Below are positions 39,707-51,604 of a stretch of 64,000 nt of DNA, one piece after another. Every line of letters begins with the position of its first letter. The stretch's first letter is position 1. A program made the translations under genes and the position numbers. The stretch lies in the NCBI GenBank assembly GCA_036172245.1, contig JAYWIR010000005.1, forward strand, positions 992,001 to 1,056,000, read 5' to 3'. Below the pieces are notes generated by a model. That model had not been told where the DNA came from and ran no database searches. It saw only the letters and a list, made by a program, of their open reading frames with translations. The stretch is from Raillietiella orientalis. Taxonomy: Eukaryota.

Positions 39707-42330
39707 ATCAATGCCTGCTACTTGGCATTCATTGAATTTTCTTGCCTTTGAAACATTCTCGAATCATTCAATTAACAATACCACACTGGTGCAACAGCTT
39801 CAGAAGCCACAACACGGAATCGCTAGGGGTAATTTCCAACGCCTTCTGGCAATCCATGGTGAAGGAGCCTCTCTGCTTACATTACAGGGTTGGCGCGGAT
39901 GACACACATTCGAGTCCACAAGGGAATTTGACTACCGTGTGAGCAAGTTTTTGTTCGCAACCCCGGAATTGTGCAGCCCTTTGACCTTTGAAGAACACAA
40001 CACTGCTGCTGCTCTTCTAGGAACAGGCTCAGGGTTGACAGATGAAACTTTGAAATTAACGCGCATTTAAAGATGAAATGCATCTCTCTTCAGAAGGGCA
40101 GGGACAGTATTTGCGGTTTAGTGATTTCAGCATGTTTTGGAATTTCCTTGATGCATACAGTATGAAAGAAAAAGGAACAAGGCACACACACCCGATTAGA
40201 CCCAACTTTGCCAACAAATTCATATTACATTATATTGACACTAAATTCTTATGCTGATACCTAATGTATACCACATAATTACGGAAGTTTGTTTGCATCA
40301 TGCTTTTTTCAAAAATCTCATCTTTTCCATAACAGTGGACAATATAGTTAGAAACTGTCTTAATTTTCTATTTAACTCAATCTCCATGAAAACTTTAAGT
40401 TGCCAAAGAAACCAAAGATGCAGAATATATACTTTATTTGAGGATAACTGCAAAGAGACTGATGCCAGAAATTTATCTTATAGCTGTGGTGAAAGTTCTG
40501 AAACTCATTTAATTGAAATCCTGCTCACAGTCAAATGCAAAATGCTCGTCAGAATTCTCAGTGCATCTTAGTTCTGTCCATGGACTAAGTAAGCCATATT
40601 GGGTATACAATGATGCAGATCAGCAGCAGATTTGTAATGTGAGACCATAGTCATCGTCAACCGATTTGATAGTACAATACGAAAATATCATTCTAATGCA
40701 TCCCACCTGTTCTAGCAAATCGACTATGCACTTCACGATCATTTTTGCGGTAATCTTAAATGTCAACTTGTAACCATCTAGAAATTTCTTGCCTTGGAAT
40801 GGCATCACTGGCTCATTTAGAAATCAATCTAAACAGAAACATCCAGTAAAACTGTAGAAGAGAATGCCCGAGATGATCTGCATGTATCTCTCGAAAAGGT
40901 TTTCTTTGAGGAGAACTGAAAGGAATTCAAGTCTTCTCCTATTTTGCAAATTTATTGAAAAGAAAGATAAGCAAGAACAGATGCACGAAAATTCACTGTT
41001 AAGGAGGTATCTCACAAATGTGTAAACGACAGTCAAAGATATTGAATATTCAATGAAAGCTCGAATAAGTGTCCTAAAGTTTATGATGTAAAAATGATTC
41101 TCCTATTTGAGGAAATGAGTATCAGGAAACGCACTTAGGAGTTCTAAATTCAGGAACAGCATAGGAATAAAGGAACTCAATGGTCTTCTTCAAGCAAGAG
41201 TTCTACGAAGTAGCAATAGAGATCTCATGATGATTTTTCTTCTTGCTCTTGTGTTTTGCTGTCTTGTGTTTTGTCTTTGCCGGCCTCCTTGTTTTCGTAA
41301 CTATTAACTTCCGAGAATTTTCTTCTTTCTTTAATTGATCGTAATGCGGATCCCAAAACACTTGGAGGAAGCAATTCCCTGGTATCATCCTATCAACACA
41401 TTTCTGAGTGTTTTTCGTTCTGGATGCCTGAAGCTATCCTAAATGCTTAGAGTAGCTCGTCCATATCTGGAGCACCTCGCAGCTTTCTGAAAGTTGTCCG
41501 ATTGAAGTACGTCTTCCCTTGTTTTGCCGAGATCCTCGAGTGAACCTCAGTCGATAAAGCTCCCTCGAAGTGCCAAAATTGAGTCAACGCTCGCGGCTCT
41601 TCCTTAGTGTATGCTGATTGGAGGGAACTTTATATTTTGCACACGTTCACGCGATAGGACACCATCGAGCACCGAGTTCAATGCAGATGGCACCAGCGAT
41701 GTAACCATTCTTTCATGTCCAGATAGGTCAACGTGTCTTCGGTTGCTTTTTGGTTTGAGGACGTCAGCAGTCGGTACACACAAAACCATGCACAAGACGG
41801 TTCGGATGGGATGAACCGCAGCTCCAGAACCAGATGCTCCGCGATTTTCCCGGTTTTTTTTTGTGTGGGTGTGTTCTCATCCCAGTGCGCGCGGAGTGCA
41901 TCCAAAGATCCTTGCCTCATCCCATCCAATTTAAATTATTTCTGTTATCCCCTTATCTCTCCCCCGTTCCAGACTTTGCGTTTTCCCAGCCTGCGTGCCG
42001 GTGGACCCTCCCTTTCGCTTCTTGTAGTCGTCGGAAATTTGTTCCCAACTGGTTAATTTTAAATAAACGCCTCATTGTGACCGGGTGAAAAATCTCATGA
42101 AGAGGAGCAGCTCTTGGACAGAGAAGAAGACGTCACCGAGATGCACCCTACAGGGCGTCCCGACGAGTGAAACCCTCTGTGGCGTCCCTGGTAATGCAAC
42201 CTCAACGAGCAAGGAGGAAGAGCTCCCTTCTTTATTCGTACCATCGTAGCTGCCAGCTTCGAAAGGAAAACAGGGATGGATTATGGGCAAAGGTACGTAG
42301 AGACACAGGATCGTAAGAGCTGGCCCTCTC

Positions 42331-43266
42331 TCACGACATAAACTTTTTTTTGGAGTCTCTCTTCGCGAGGAATAGCTGCTTTTTTTTTCGTCCAGGGTAG
42401 GGCCCTCCTCGAAGAATGCGTTCGCATCCACTTTCTATGCGGCGCTGTTCTAATTGGAATTCTTCCTTCATTCGGTGTGCCCCGACACGAGCATCCCTAT
42501 TAAAATTGTCGCATCTCCTGTGCCATGCTATTCCGTTAGTGGATGTGCGGAAGTCCAGTGCTCGTGCACTCCTGTAGGGACCACAAATCCGGAGGAAACA
42601 GCACCGGTGATCGAACAGTAGCACCGTTGCGTGTCTTCTTGCCCTCCCCTGCACGTAGCTTCTCCACGTAAATTTCTGGAACCAGTCCTTAACTTCCTTG
42701 GCTTCTTCAGACAAGTGGGGCTTCAGTTGGTCCCCGAGAGCTGCTGGGATTTCATGAGCTGGAAGAGATGCCAGAGCAGGCAAAGGGCGCATTTTCGAAC
42801 TGAAGGTTTCGTCTCCGTTGCATCGCGTGGCCGATCTGCCCACCCGAATTTTCTGCCAAATGCAAATGGAAGAAAATGAATTTTGAAGGCGGCACCTTGA
42901 AATTTTTGATGCCTTGATGGCACCAACGCCAGATCCGCCATTACGGCTTGGGGAAGCTGCGTTGAAATCCATTTTCTTCTGCAAAGTGCACCAAATCTTC
43001 AAGCAGGTGTTGGTAAAGTGGACTCTGCACTTTTCCCAGTCAGCAACGCGCAAACGAGGGGATGCGTTTAAAATTTCCCGATCCAAGAGGAGCACGAATA
43101 GGAACGGAATGATGGAACCCGGCGGGAACAGTTCTGCAGTTGCGTCCATCATGCAGAGCGAAGTGTGTCTTTCTGTGTTCGATTTGGTGCAGAATAGTAG
43201 AAGGATACCTCCTTCGGCAGTCCATTTCCAAACCAATTGTTCACCATTGGGCATGTTTTGTGACAC
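42331..43266 (-). CDS. Hypothetical protein; possibly part of an unannotated multi-exon gene spanning about 41200-44400
   Basis: 311-codon open frame in a region of roughly balanced GC, with 42-43 nt intron-like segments inside it. A possible terminal exon lies at 41203-41360 (VFWDPHYDQLKKEENSRK...). No family recognised. Confidence 0.3.
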   Translation of the reverse strand: MSQNMPNGEQLVWKWTAEGGILLLFCTKSNTERHTSLCMMDATAELFPPGSIIPFLFVLLLDREILNASPRLRVADWEKCRVHFTNTCLKIWCTLQKKMDFNAASPSRNGGSGVGAIKASKISRCRLQNSFSSICIWQKIRVGRSATRCNGDETFSSKMRPLPALASLPAHEIPAALGDQLKPHLSEEAKEVKDWFQKFTWRSYVQGRARRHATVLLFDHRCCFLRICGPYRSARALDFRTSTNGIAWHRRCDNFNRDARVGAHRMKEEFQLEQRRIESGCERILRGGPYPGRKKKQLFLAKRDSKKKFMS

Positions 43267-44619
43267 TGAAGAAACCTCTTTCCAACAAGTCTCCGGTCCA
43301 GGAGGCCTTTGAGCTTTTCATTCTTTGGAGAAAGGCGTTTCTTTTTCTTTTTTTTCTGGGTCCGCGAAAGGAATCCGTTGGTCCTGTTCTAATAAGTGCC
43401 CTCCATCCGCGAGGACCAGGTGTTGGAAGCAGTCTTCTCTCGAGAATTGCCAGTGATCCAAGAGGGATCGTACGACCTAAGGAACCACAGTCCATTTAAC
43501 CAGCCATCCGTGGTTTTGCCTTGTTTACAAGCACACGTCTACTGGCGCCGTCGACCGGGTAGGGCCTTCCTCGAAGACAAGCAAGCATGGCCCTATGTGT
43601 GAGGGGACGGAACCCGAACACTCTTCAGTCGTCATTTGGCAGGAGAAATTTCCTGTATTTTTCGCCTGCGTTCCCAGTTCTTCTTTCGTCTTCGAAGCAC
43701 TCGCTGCGCTTTCATTTGCAGAGCGGCTGTCTTTCCAAAAGTGCCCACTGGACAGGTTGGTTCCTGCTCGCCCGTGGCGATGGAAAGGTTTCCTGTTTTT
43801 CCGCAGCCCCAGCAACACTTCGCAGCATGGAGAGCACCAGTTGCACTTTTCTCTTTCTCACTGAGTGGGCTCGTACACTGAATTCATTACAGCCTTTTCG
43901 TGAGGGAACATTTCCGCAAACACCTCCCATGGTGTTGCAAAGACTTCCGAGGGGGAACGCAGCTTTCGACCCAGAGCTCTGCTTCCTGCCACGACTGCCG
44001 ACTTTTGCGCGCCTTCTGGACGGAAGGACCGACTCTGTTGACACAGCACTGGGGTTTTGCTTATCTCGTTCCCCTGGAGAAATCCCCATCCTGAATATCC
44101 CAAACAGGTCTAGCCACAAATTGGTTCTTATTTTGAGCTGAAGATGGAGCTTCTTGGTGAGAAAGAGTGCAAAGGCATCAGAAGAGGATTCAATTTCCGG
44201 TGCATGCGCACCCCTGAGTGGCCCTTCCAACAAAAAAAAATAGAGAAACTCTCAGTGCAATAGCAGGCAAAGAACCATCTCCATAAGCAACCCGAGCGTC
44301 CAGCGATTCGACTTTCTTTCTATCCCATTTGGATAGCCTTTTTTTTTTCCAACGAGAAACGTGGTTTTCGGGATAAAGGCAGTTGCCGTCCATCGCCAGG
44401 CCAGACTCTAAAAACAGAGTAGACGGTCGTGGAATTCGGCCAACTCCTTTGGACGACCACCGTGCCGCTGCCCGTCATCCACCTCTGGTTGATTATCAAA
44501 GTGAACAGCTACGGTACTGCAAACAAAGAGGTTCCCTCCTCCCCATTTTCCCGTCTTCTTTCACGTTCCCATGTGCCGCATTCCCCGTTTTACTTTTTTT
44601 GAATCGTTTCCTTCTTTAA

Positions 44620-45790
44620 TCTTTTGCAATATTTTTGATTGTCACACTTATTCCTCGTTTTTAACAATTCGATATTCATGTATTCATTACATGTATGTTT
44701 CTTATGTATGTAAACATATCTATATAAATACAAATAGATGCATATGCATATATATGTATACACATATATGTGTACACATAAATACATATTTCTGTATAAA
44801 TGTGTATGTATGCACATTTCTGTATATATATTTATACAAACACACAATATATATGTGTATATATACAAAGATTGATTTATATTTATGTACTTATTTATAT
44901 GCATATATAGATATATTATCTGTAAATATTGATGTGTATAATAAGCACATTTGTCTATCTATACATCAACAATATAATTGACAGCTTATTAAGTGTATTA
45001 AAAATATCTATGTCAATCAATGTCACTAAATATATCTGTTCCAATAGTACCACTGCAAATAATGTGTACCTTAATAAATGCGAATAACTACGTGTGTTCA
45101 AATCAATTTGTATATTAATTATGTAGAATAACCATGTATGTTTATTTTTTGTAACCCTCATAATATATATTAATCTATATATAAATACATATATCAGTAT
45201 AGTAAGCACATGAATTCATTTATTTTAATCATTGCAATATACATTAGCCTATATAATGATCTTTACATAAATATGTATATGGATATATATTCTTCATAAT
45301 CTTCATTTAATACATGAATCCATCCATCCATCCATCTTTATAATATATACATATATATAAAGATGAACATATATATATATATATATATGTATATATTAAT
45401 ACATATAATAATCATGTACTTTATTTTTTATAATCCTCATGGAATATATTGGTCCATCTTTATATAAATATGTATATGAATAATATGAATATAAATAATA
45501 AAGTCATCTATAAGAATATAAACAATGAGCTTTTATATTCATTTTTTATAATCTTTATGGTACATATAAATTTATGGAATTGTCTTTGTTTAAATATATA
45601 TATAAATATATATAATGAACATGAGTACACTAGTTTTTTTATCATCTTGAATATGTATGTACATAGACATGAACAATGGGATCGACAACTTATTTATTTC
45701 TGTAATGAAATGCATGTTACTGAATCTTGAGGAATGCATCTGTTGCAGTAATATTACTCCTGTCAGTAATAATACGTAGTTGAATAACTA
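44620..45790. repeat. Extremely AT-rich low-complexity block (degenerate TA/TATG/TACA and CATC microsatellites)
   Basis: About 1.1 kb of atatat/tatgta-type runs that ends abruptly at the GC-rich domain starting near 45800. Confidence 0.85.
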
Positions 45791-46994
45791 TGGAATAAAT
45801 ACGTGTGCGTGCGAAAGTAAATCTGCGCGTGAGGCCCTGAGGCCGGGCGCCCTCATGGAAAGGGAGGAGCGCATGCGCGTTCCGTCTTCGTTCCTTTCCG
45901 GCCTCGCGGGACTGCAGGACGTGCGCCTCCTGCCTCGCCGCCAGCCGCGGGCTCCTCTCGGTCAGGAGAGCTCTGTTCTTGGCACCTCAGGTGCCCTGTG
46001 AGGATTCCACCGCGGGAGGCTGGCGCGCGCGAGCGCCCTCCGCTCGGAGCACCCCTCTGGAGATCCTTGGAGCAGGTCGTGCGGATCTGCTGCGTCTTCG
46101 CATGGCATCCGCCGGGATATCCGGCGTCCCTGCGACCTTCAGGGAGCACTCCCCGGCGTCCGTTCTCCGCAGCTGCTGAACGGAAGTGTCCTCACAGGCC
46201 CCCGGGAACAGGGCGCGGGCGCTGGGTGCGGGCAGGGCTCCTGACCCAGGGAGCGTGTGCTCGCGCCGTGCGCATCGGCTGACCTCGGGCGCCCGACCCG
46301 CGAACCGAAAGAGGGAAAACAGGGAGGAGGACCTCGCGGGGAGAACCGTCCTTTCATCACGCCTCCTCCTCTTCCCATTCCCTACCTCCCAGACTCCAAT
46401 CCTGGAGTCTCCGTCTCGACTGTTCCCGGTTCCTGGCGCGGAGAGGGAAGGGAGGGGGGACACCTGCCGTTCCTGGGGTGCATCGCGGACGTGTCCGCAC
46501 AAGTTGTTCCTCCTTCGCCCCCCTGCAGAGGCGCGACCCCCTCCGTGAGGGTGAGAAGGGGATGATGGGCGGGGGGTGGGGTCCAATGGAGAACTTGGCT
46601 CCCCCATGCGGAGGCCGGAGGGTGAGGGAGCGCTGGTGTGGTGCTCCCGGAGAGGCGGGACTAACTTCGTGCGCCCGAGGCAAAGGGATGAGGGAGGGAG
46701 AAGGGGGCGGAAGACGTATTTTGCGGGAGCAGTCGCTTTTGCAAGCAGGAGGTCGGGAGGGAAAGCAAGGCAAAGTCGTCGAGAGAGCAAGGCGCGGCCC
46801 CTCGGACCCTCTTGCACCTCCCCTCCCTTTCTCCTCACGGTTTCCTGACCTCCTCCCCGCCTACAAGGTCAGGGAGACTCCAAGGATACCCTAGGGGCAT
46901 CGCGGGTGGAAGCAGGTGCAGTCCCGGAGGCCGACCGCCGTCTGCCTCCCACGGGAGGAGAACCCTCCGGCCCAGGAACGCCTGGAAGCCACCA

Positions 46995-49900
46995 CTACAG
47001 TTCGTCCTTTACTTGTTGACTTTGGTCTGGAATTTCCTCCTTCTCCTCCCGCCGCCGCTGCTGCTGCTCTTCCCGCCGCTCCTGCTCCAGTGGCTGGTCG
47101 CTCCCCCCGAAAGCGCTGGCGAACCGCTCGGGTATCCCCAGCTTCTCCTCGTCCGTGAGGAACAGCGTCGAGTGCTTGTGGACGAAGCTCTGGCGAAGGG
47201 GAGGGGTAGGACCCATCGGCGGCTCGGAGACCACACCCACCTGCATGTCTTCCACGGTCCTCGTCCCGTTGTAGACGGAGGGGCTGCTCTTGTCAGAGAA
47301 CGGGAAGAAGAAGAGGGCAGGGTATCCCTGGATGGGCAGCTGGATGGGCAGGTCATTGGCAGAGGCGTCCATCCTGGCGAAGACGAGGTTGGGGTTGTCG
47401 CTGCTCATCCTGCCAGCCAGCTCCAGGAACAGCGGCATGAGTTCCTTGCAGTAGCCGCATGAGGGCGCGTAGAACATGATGAAGACATCCTTCGGTGTGC
47501 TGATCACCTCCTGAAGGAAGTTGTTGGCGACCACCGTGATGACCGGGTGGTTCTGCTTGGCTGGCACGGGCTGCGACCGGAAGTACGGGTTCAAGGCGCC
47601 TGCGGGAGAGTGGGGAAGGGGGCCGGGGTGCGGGCTTCCCACCTGTGGACACGTTCGTGAGGAACTCCCTCAAGGCCTCCGAGTTGAAGTGCTCCCTCGG
47701 GGGCATGACGTACTTGAGGTCGTTCGGCAAGAAGAGAGCCACGTTGACGTCCTGGGAGCTCTCGTCGAGACCTGAGGGAGCGACGCGTTACCCGGCAACA
47801 CCCAGTTACCCGAGCGCGCGTTACCCAGACTCCTGAGCTCCGCCTCGAAGTCCTCCTCGCTCGACACGGCGAAGGTCAGTGAGCCCTTGTAGTCCTTGGC
47901 GACCTCCAGCACCTTCCTCCTGATCAGCTGCGTCTCTTTTTCCGGGAAGAGGGGGAAATGAGGGGCGTCGGGGAGGAGGCGACACTCACCACCCAGGAAG
48001 GTCCCGTCGAAGCTGAGGTCGAAGTAGACCGCCAGCAGAGGCCGCTTGCCGTAGCGCGCCGCGGCATTCTGGGCGGTCCGGAAGCCGACCAGGGGGTTAC
48101 CCTCATCCGTCACGAAACTCTCAATCTCCTTGTACGTCCCGCTTTTCTGGGGGAGGAGGGAATGCAGGCGGCGGAGGGGACCGGGGAGAGGGAGAGAACG
48201 CGTCATCTTCGTGGCGACGCAAGGGCCACCCTCCCTCCCTCCGGAGAGGAGGAGGAAGGAAGCGGCGCCCACGAGGCTCCAGGACGTTGAGTCGCGGGCG
48301 CAGATGCGACCCCTTCCTTCTCGGACCCTCCCCCGGAGGGCAACTCCACTCCCGGAGCCGCGCTCTGCGCTGACGGGAGAGGGGTCGCGCGTGCCAGGGG
48401 GAAAGGCCACCCGCGTCCCGGTCAGTCGTACCCAAGACACTTCCTCAGGGAAGACGAAGGCAAGTGAAAGAAACGCTTGACTACAGGGCGAAAAATGTAG
48501 CGATGGGGACGATGCCTGGCCAACCCATTGATCCCTTCTGATTGACCCTCTGGTAGGATGGAGACGCGCACAGACGCGCTTTGAACGTCTCCGACCCAAT
48601 CCGGCAACCTCGGGGGTCAACCAGAAGAGGGCACCACCCTTCAGATGCCCCTCCATCAACTGGACGGCGTCGGGAGGAAAAACGTCTCGGTCGTCCTTTC
48701 TGCCCAGAGGAGTGAGCCAGCGGGGAAGGCAAAGCGCTCCTTTTGGTCCCCGGGGAGGGATGAAAGGAAGCCTCAGAGCAAGCGAAGGGAGTGGACCTGC
48801 TCCCCCCCCCTGCACCGTTCTCTTCGCCCCGCGGAGCGACCCACCTTGTCGAAGACGTGAAGCGGCTCCTCGTACTCGGAACACAGGATTTCCGGGAAAT
48901 GGATGACCACGGAGTCCTTGGTCACGTTGAAAAACGCCCGCGCTTTCGGGTCGAAGGTGTGGACGATGGGGAAGTGCCCTGGGGAGGGACGGCAGGAGTT
49001 GCGCGCGCCCCGCCCACGCCACAACGCACTCTTTAGGTAGTAGGCAGCCTGGACGAACTCGGCGTATAGGTCCGACCCCTGCTCGAAGACCCCGACCACG
49101 GTCACGTCAGACTTGCTGAGGGCGTTGCGCAGCTCCGGCAGGTTGCGGACCTCCTTTGAAGGGAGCTTCACTTCCTCGGTCATGTAGTCTATGATGCCCT
49201 TTGCATCCCTGCGACCCTCGTAACTGTACTGCTTTCCGTACCGGAAGAGCTGCGGAGAACGGGACGCTTTCAGTAGAAAAAGAAGGGGAAGTATAGATGA
49301 AAAGGGAGAAAGGAAGGAAGGTGGAAAAGAAGGAAGAGGAAAGGAGCGAGAGGGAGGAGGAGAAGGAGTAAGAAGAAGGAGAGAAGGAGGAGGGAGAAGG
49401 AGAAAATGAGGAGGAAGAAGGAAGGGAGAAGGAAAAAGAGGGAGGAAGGAAGGTGGAAGGGAAGAGGAACAGGAACAGGAAGGGGGAACAGGAGACGAAG
49501 GAGTTCCTGTCTCCGAGGTGGAGATGGACCGGAAAGGACAGAGGGTGTGGAGTCCGGCATCTCGCCCGCAGAGGGTGCGACCCGCAGCGACGCGAGAGCC
49601 GGTCTTTGGCCAGGGAGGGACAGGAGAGAGACGCGCTCCAAGCAGCCCCTCCCTGCCCCCGCACTCCCACTCACCAGGAGCGTGGGCCAGCCCCGGATGC
49701 GGTACTCGTCAGCCAGTTCCCTCTCCTGCTCGCCGTCCACCATGTAGAGGACCGCCTCCCCCGTCTTGCTGAGCGCCTTGGCGGCGCTCTCGTACTCGGG
49801 CCGCATGAGCTGGCAGTGGCGGCAGGAGGTCGAGTAGAACCAGACCAGGGCCAGTCGGGCGCGGCCCAGCACCTTACTGAAGTTGGCCTTGGTCAGCGCC

Positions 49901-50715
49901 TGCACGTCGCTCATGGGGGCTGTCCAGCTGGGGTCGGACTTCTCCCTGGCGAAGTTCAGGAAGCCTGCGAGGGGGCGGGCGACCGCACGGCGGGGTGAGA
50001 GGGGAAAAGGGGAGAGGGTGGTGCTGCCTGCTCACCTTCGGCCGTCCGCTCCCCCTCGTAAGTCTCGACCTTCATCCCGTCCTTGAAGAGAAGGAAGGAG
50101 GGGACGTCCACGATCAGCAACTCCTTGGCGAGCGGGACATCCTTGGAGACGTCCAGCTTGGCCAGGCTGACGTTCGTCTCCTTGAGAGCCCGGGCCGCCG
50201 CCTCGAAGGCGGGGAGGATCTGGTCGCAGGAGGTGCACCTGGAGAAGGACGACGGAGGGGAGGCGGGGAGACTCCGCCCGGGGGGCCGGCTAGCGCCCGT
50301 ACGGCATCTGCTGCTAGCCCGGAGGGGCAGGAGAACACTCACCAGGGAGAGTAGAACTGCACCAGGACGAATGGGTGCAAGCGGAGGAAGTGACTCCAGG
50401 TGTCCCGGGTCAGTATGGTCACGTCGTTCTCCTCGGCAAGCCTGAAGTTTCCCCTGGGCTCTTCAGGAGGTTTGTACTCATCCAATCCTGCAAAGAGATG
50501 GAGATAGCAACCCCGGGATCTCGCGCGCGCTTCCCCCTCCGGTCCTGAAGCGGCACTACCTTGCGGGAGGGGCTCCTTCACCCGCAAGGAAGAGTGGAGA
50601 GGGGGCCGTGCCGGGTCCGACGCGCTCCCTGTACGCAGAGAGACTCACCCAGGGCGGAGTGCCGCTGCCGGAAGAGACACGTCCACAGGAAGCACAGGAG
50701 CAGTCTCTCGAGCAT
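46995..50715 (-). CDS. PDIA4: Protein disulfide-isomerase A4/ERp72-like (a0-a-b-b'-a' thioredoxin domains, signal peptide, C-terminal KDEL), about 669 aa, 11 exons
   Basis: Exons 50715-50649, 50487-50343, 50238-50036, 49964-49675, 49249-49030, 48978-48845, 48146-47990, 47935-47825, 47771-47643, 47599-47241, 47189-46995 (2010 nt). Hydrophobic N-terminus MLERLLLCFLWTCLF. Sites FYSPW|CTSC, FYSTSCRHC, FYAPSCGYC. PDIA4-like segments DPSWTAP, LFRYGKQYSYEGRRDAKGIIDYM, RKVLEVAKDY, FARMDASANDLP. Ends QQVKDEL*. Ortholog versus paralog status is unresolved. Confidence 0.88.
49274..49500 (-). repeat. Polypurine tract on + (polypyrimidine on the sense strand) in PDIA4-like intron 4
   Basis: About 225 nt of GAA/GGA-rich sequence. 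Confidence 0.9.
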
Positions 50716-51451
50716 CCTCGGGACAGATGGCGCTGAGGACTTGGGGTCTTCGGTGGCCGCGGGAGCACTGCTGCGGCTCCTCCTTCCCGGTGCGCAGTCG
50801 CTCGGAAAGTCCGCAACGAGCAGCCGCCGTCACGGCCAAGCCGCCCGGAGGCGCTCGCGTCTCCGGGGGCGCGCTCGAGCGAGTGACCGTTAAGCGGTCA
50901 GCCTGTCTGAAGGGAGGGACACGGCACCAGCTGCCGGCGCGCAGCGGAATGCGCCCGGCGGTGTCGTTGACACTGGTTGTCAGCCAGAGGTCAAGTTCAC
51001 GGTTGCAGCCCCGCGGCTCACCGGAAAGGGAAGGGCGTCGCGCCGGGCCCGGAAGGCGCCTGGACGGGCTGCTGTTCTGCAGCAGTCCTTTCTGGACGCG
51101 GATCCCCGTGGCCTGCTCCACTGCCTCTTCGGCTCCACGCGCCTGCGCGCGCAGGCAGCGCCAGGAAGAACGAGCAGAAGGGGAGGAAATGCCGCTTGCC
51201 TCCTGCGCTTTCCACCGAAGAACGTCCTCCAAGCCCACCTTTCCTTACCCTGTGAGGCAGCTACCGCCCGGGGAGCGCGCTGACGTGCCCCGGAAAGGGC
51301 ACCATCCCCCTTCCCGACGCCACCCAACCCTCCTTCAAGACATGGACAACTGTGAGCTCCGAGGATTCTAGCGAGCCCTTGGCCCCTGCAGAAACCCCTA
51401 GTCCCTAGAGTTCGGAAGCCATGAAGGGCGGGCATTTTCCCCCTCCAGGGC

Positions 51452-51604
51452 ACTTTCCTCCCTAATCCTATTCCACCTTTCCACCTCTTCCCTTCCCTCT
51501 CCTCTTCATTCTTCCTCCTCCTCCCCCCTTCTTCTTCTTTTTCCTCCTCCTCCTCCTCCCTCCCTCCTTGTCCTCTTCTCCCTTCACTCCTTCTTCCCCT
51601 TCTC
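51452..51604 (+). repeat. Polypyrimidine (CCT/CTT) tract upstream of the PDIA4-like gene
   Basis: About 150 nt, almost exclusively C/T. Confidence 0.85.

Noticed and set aside
43201..43208. U12-type donor-like GTATCCTT on the minus strand
   Set aside because: No properly spaced U12 branch point and acceptor was found, and similar words occur by chance inside exons elsewhere (near 33524 and 56834).
44571..45730. Tyr/Ile/Cys-rich ORFs
   Set aside because: Artefacts of TA-rich microsatellite sequence.
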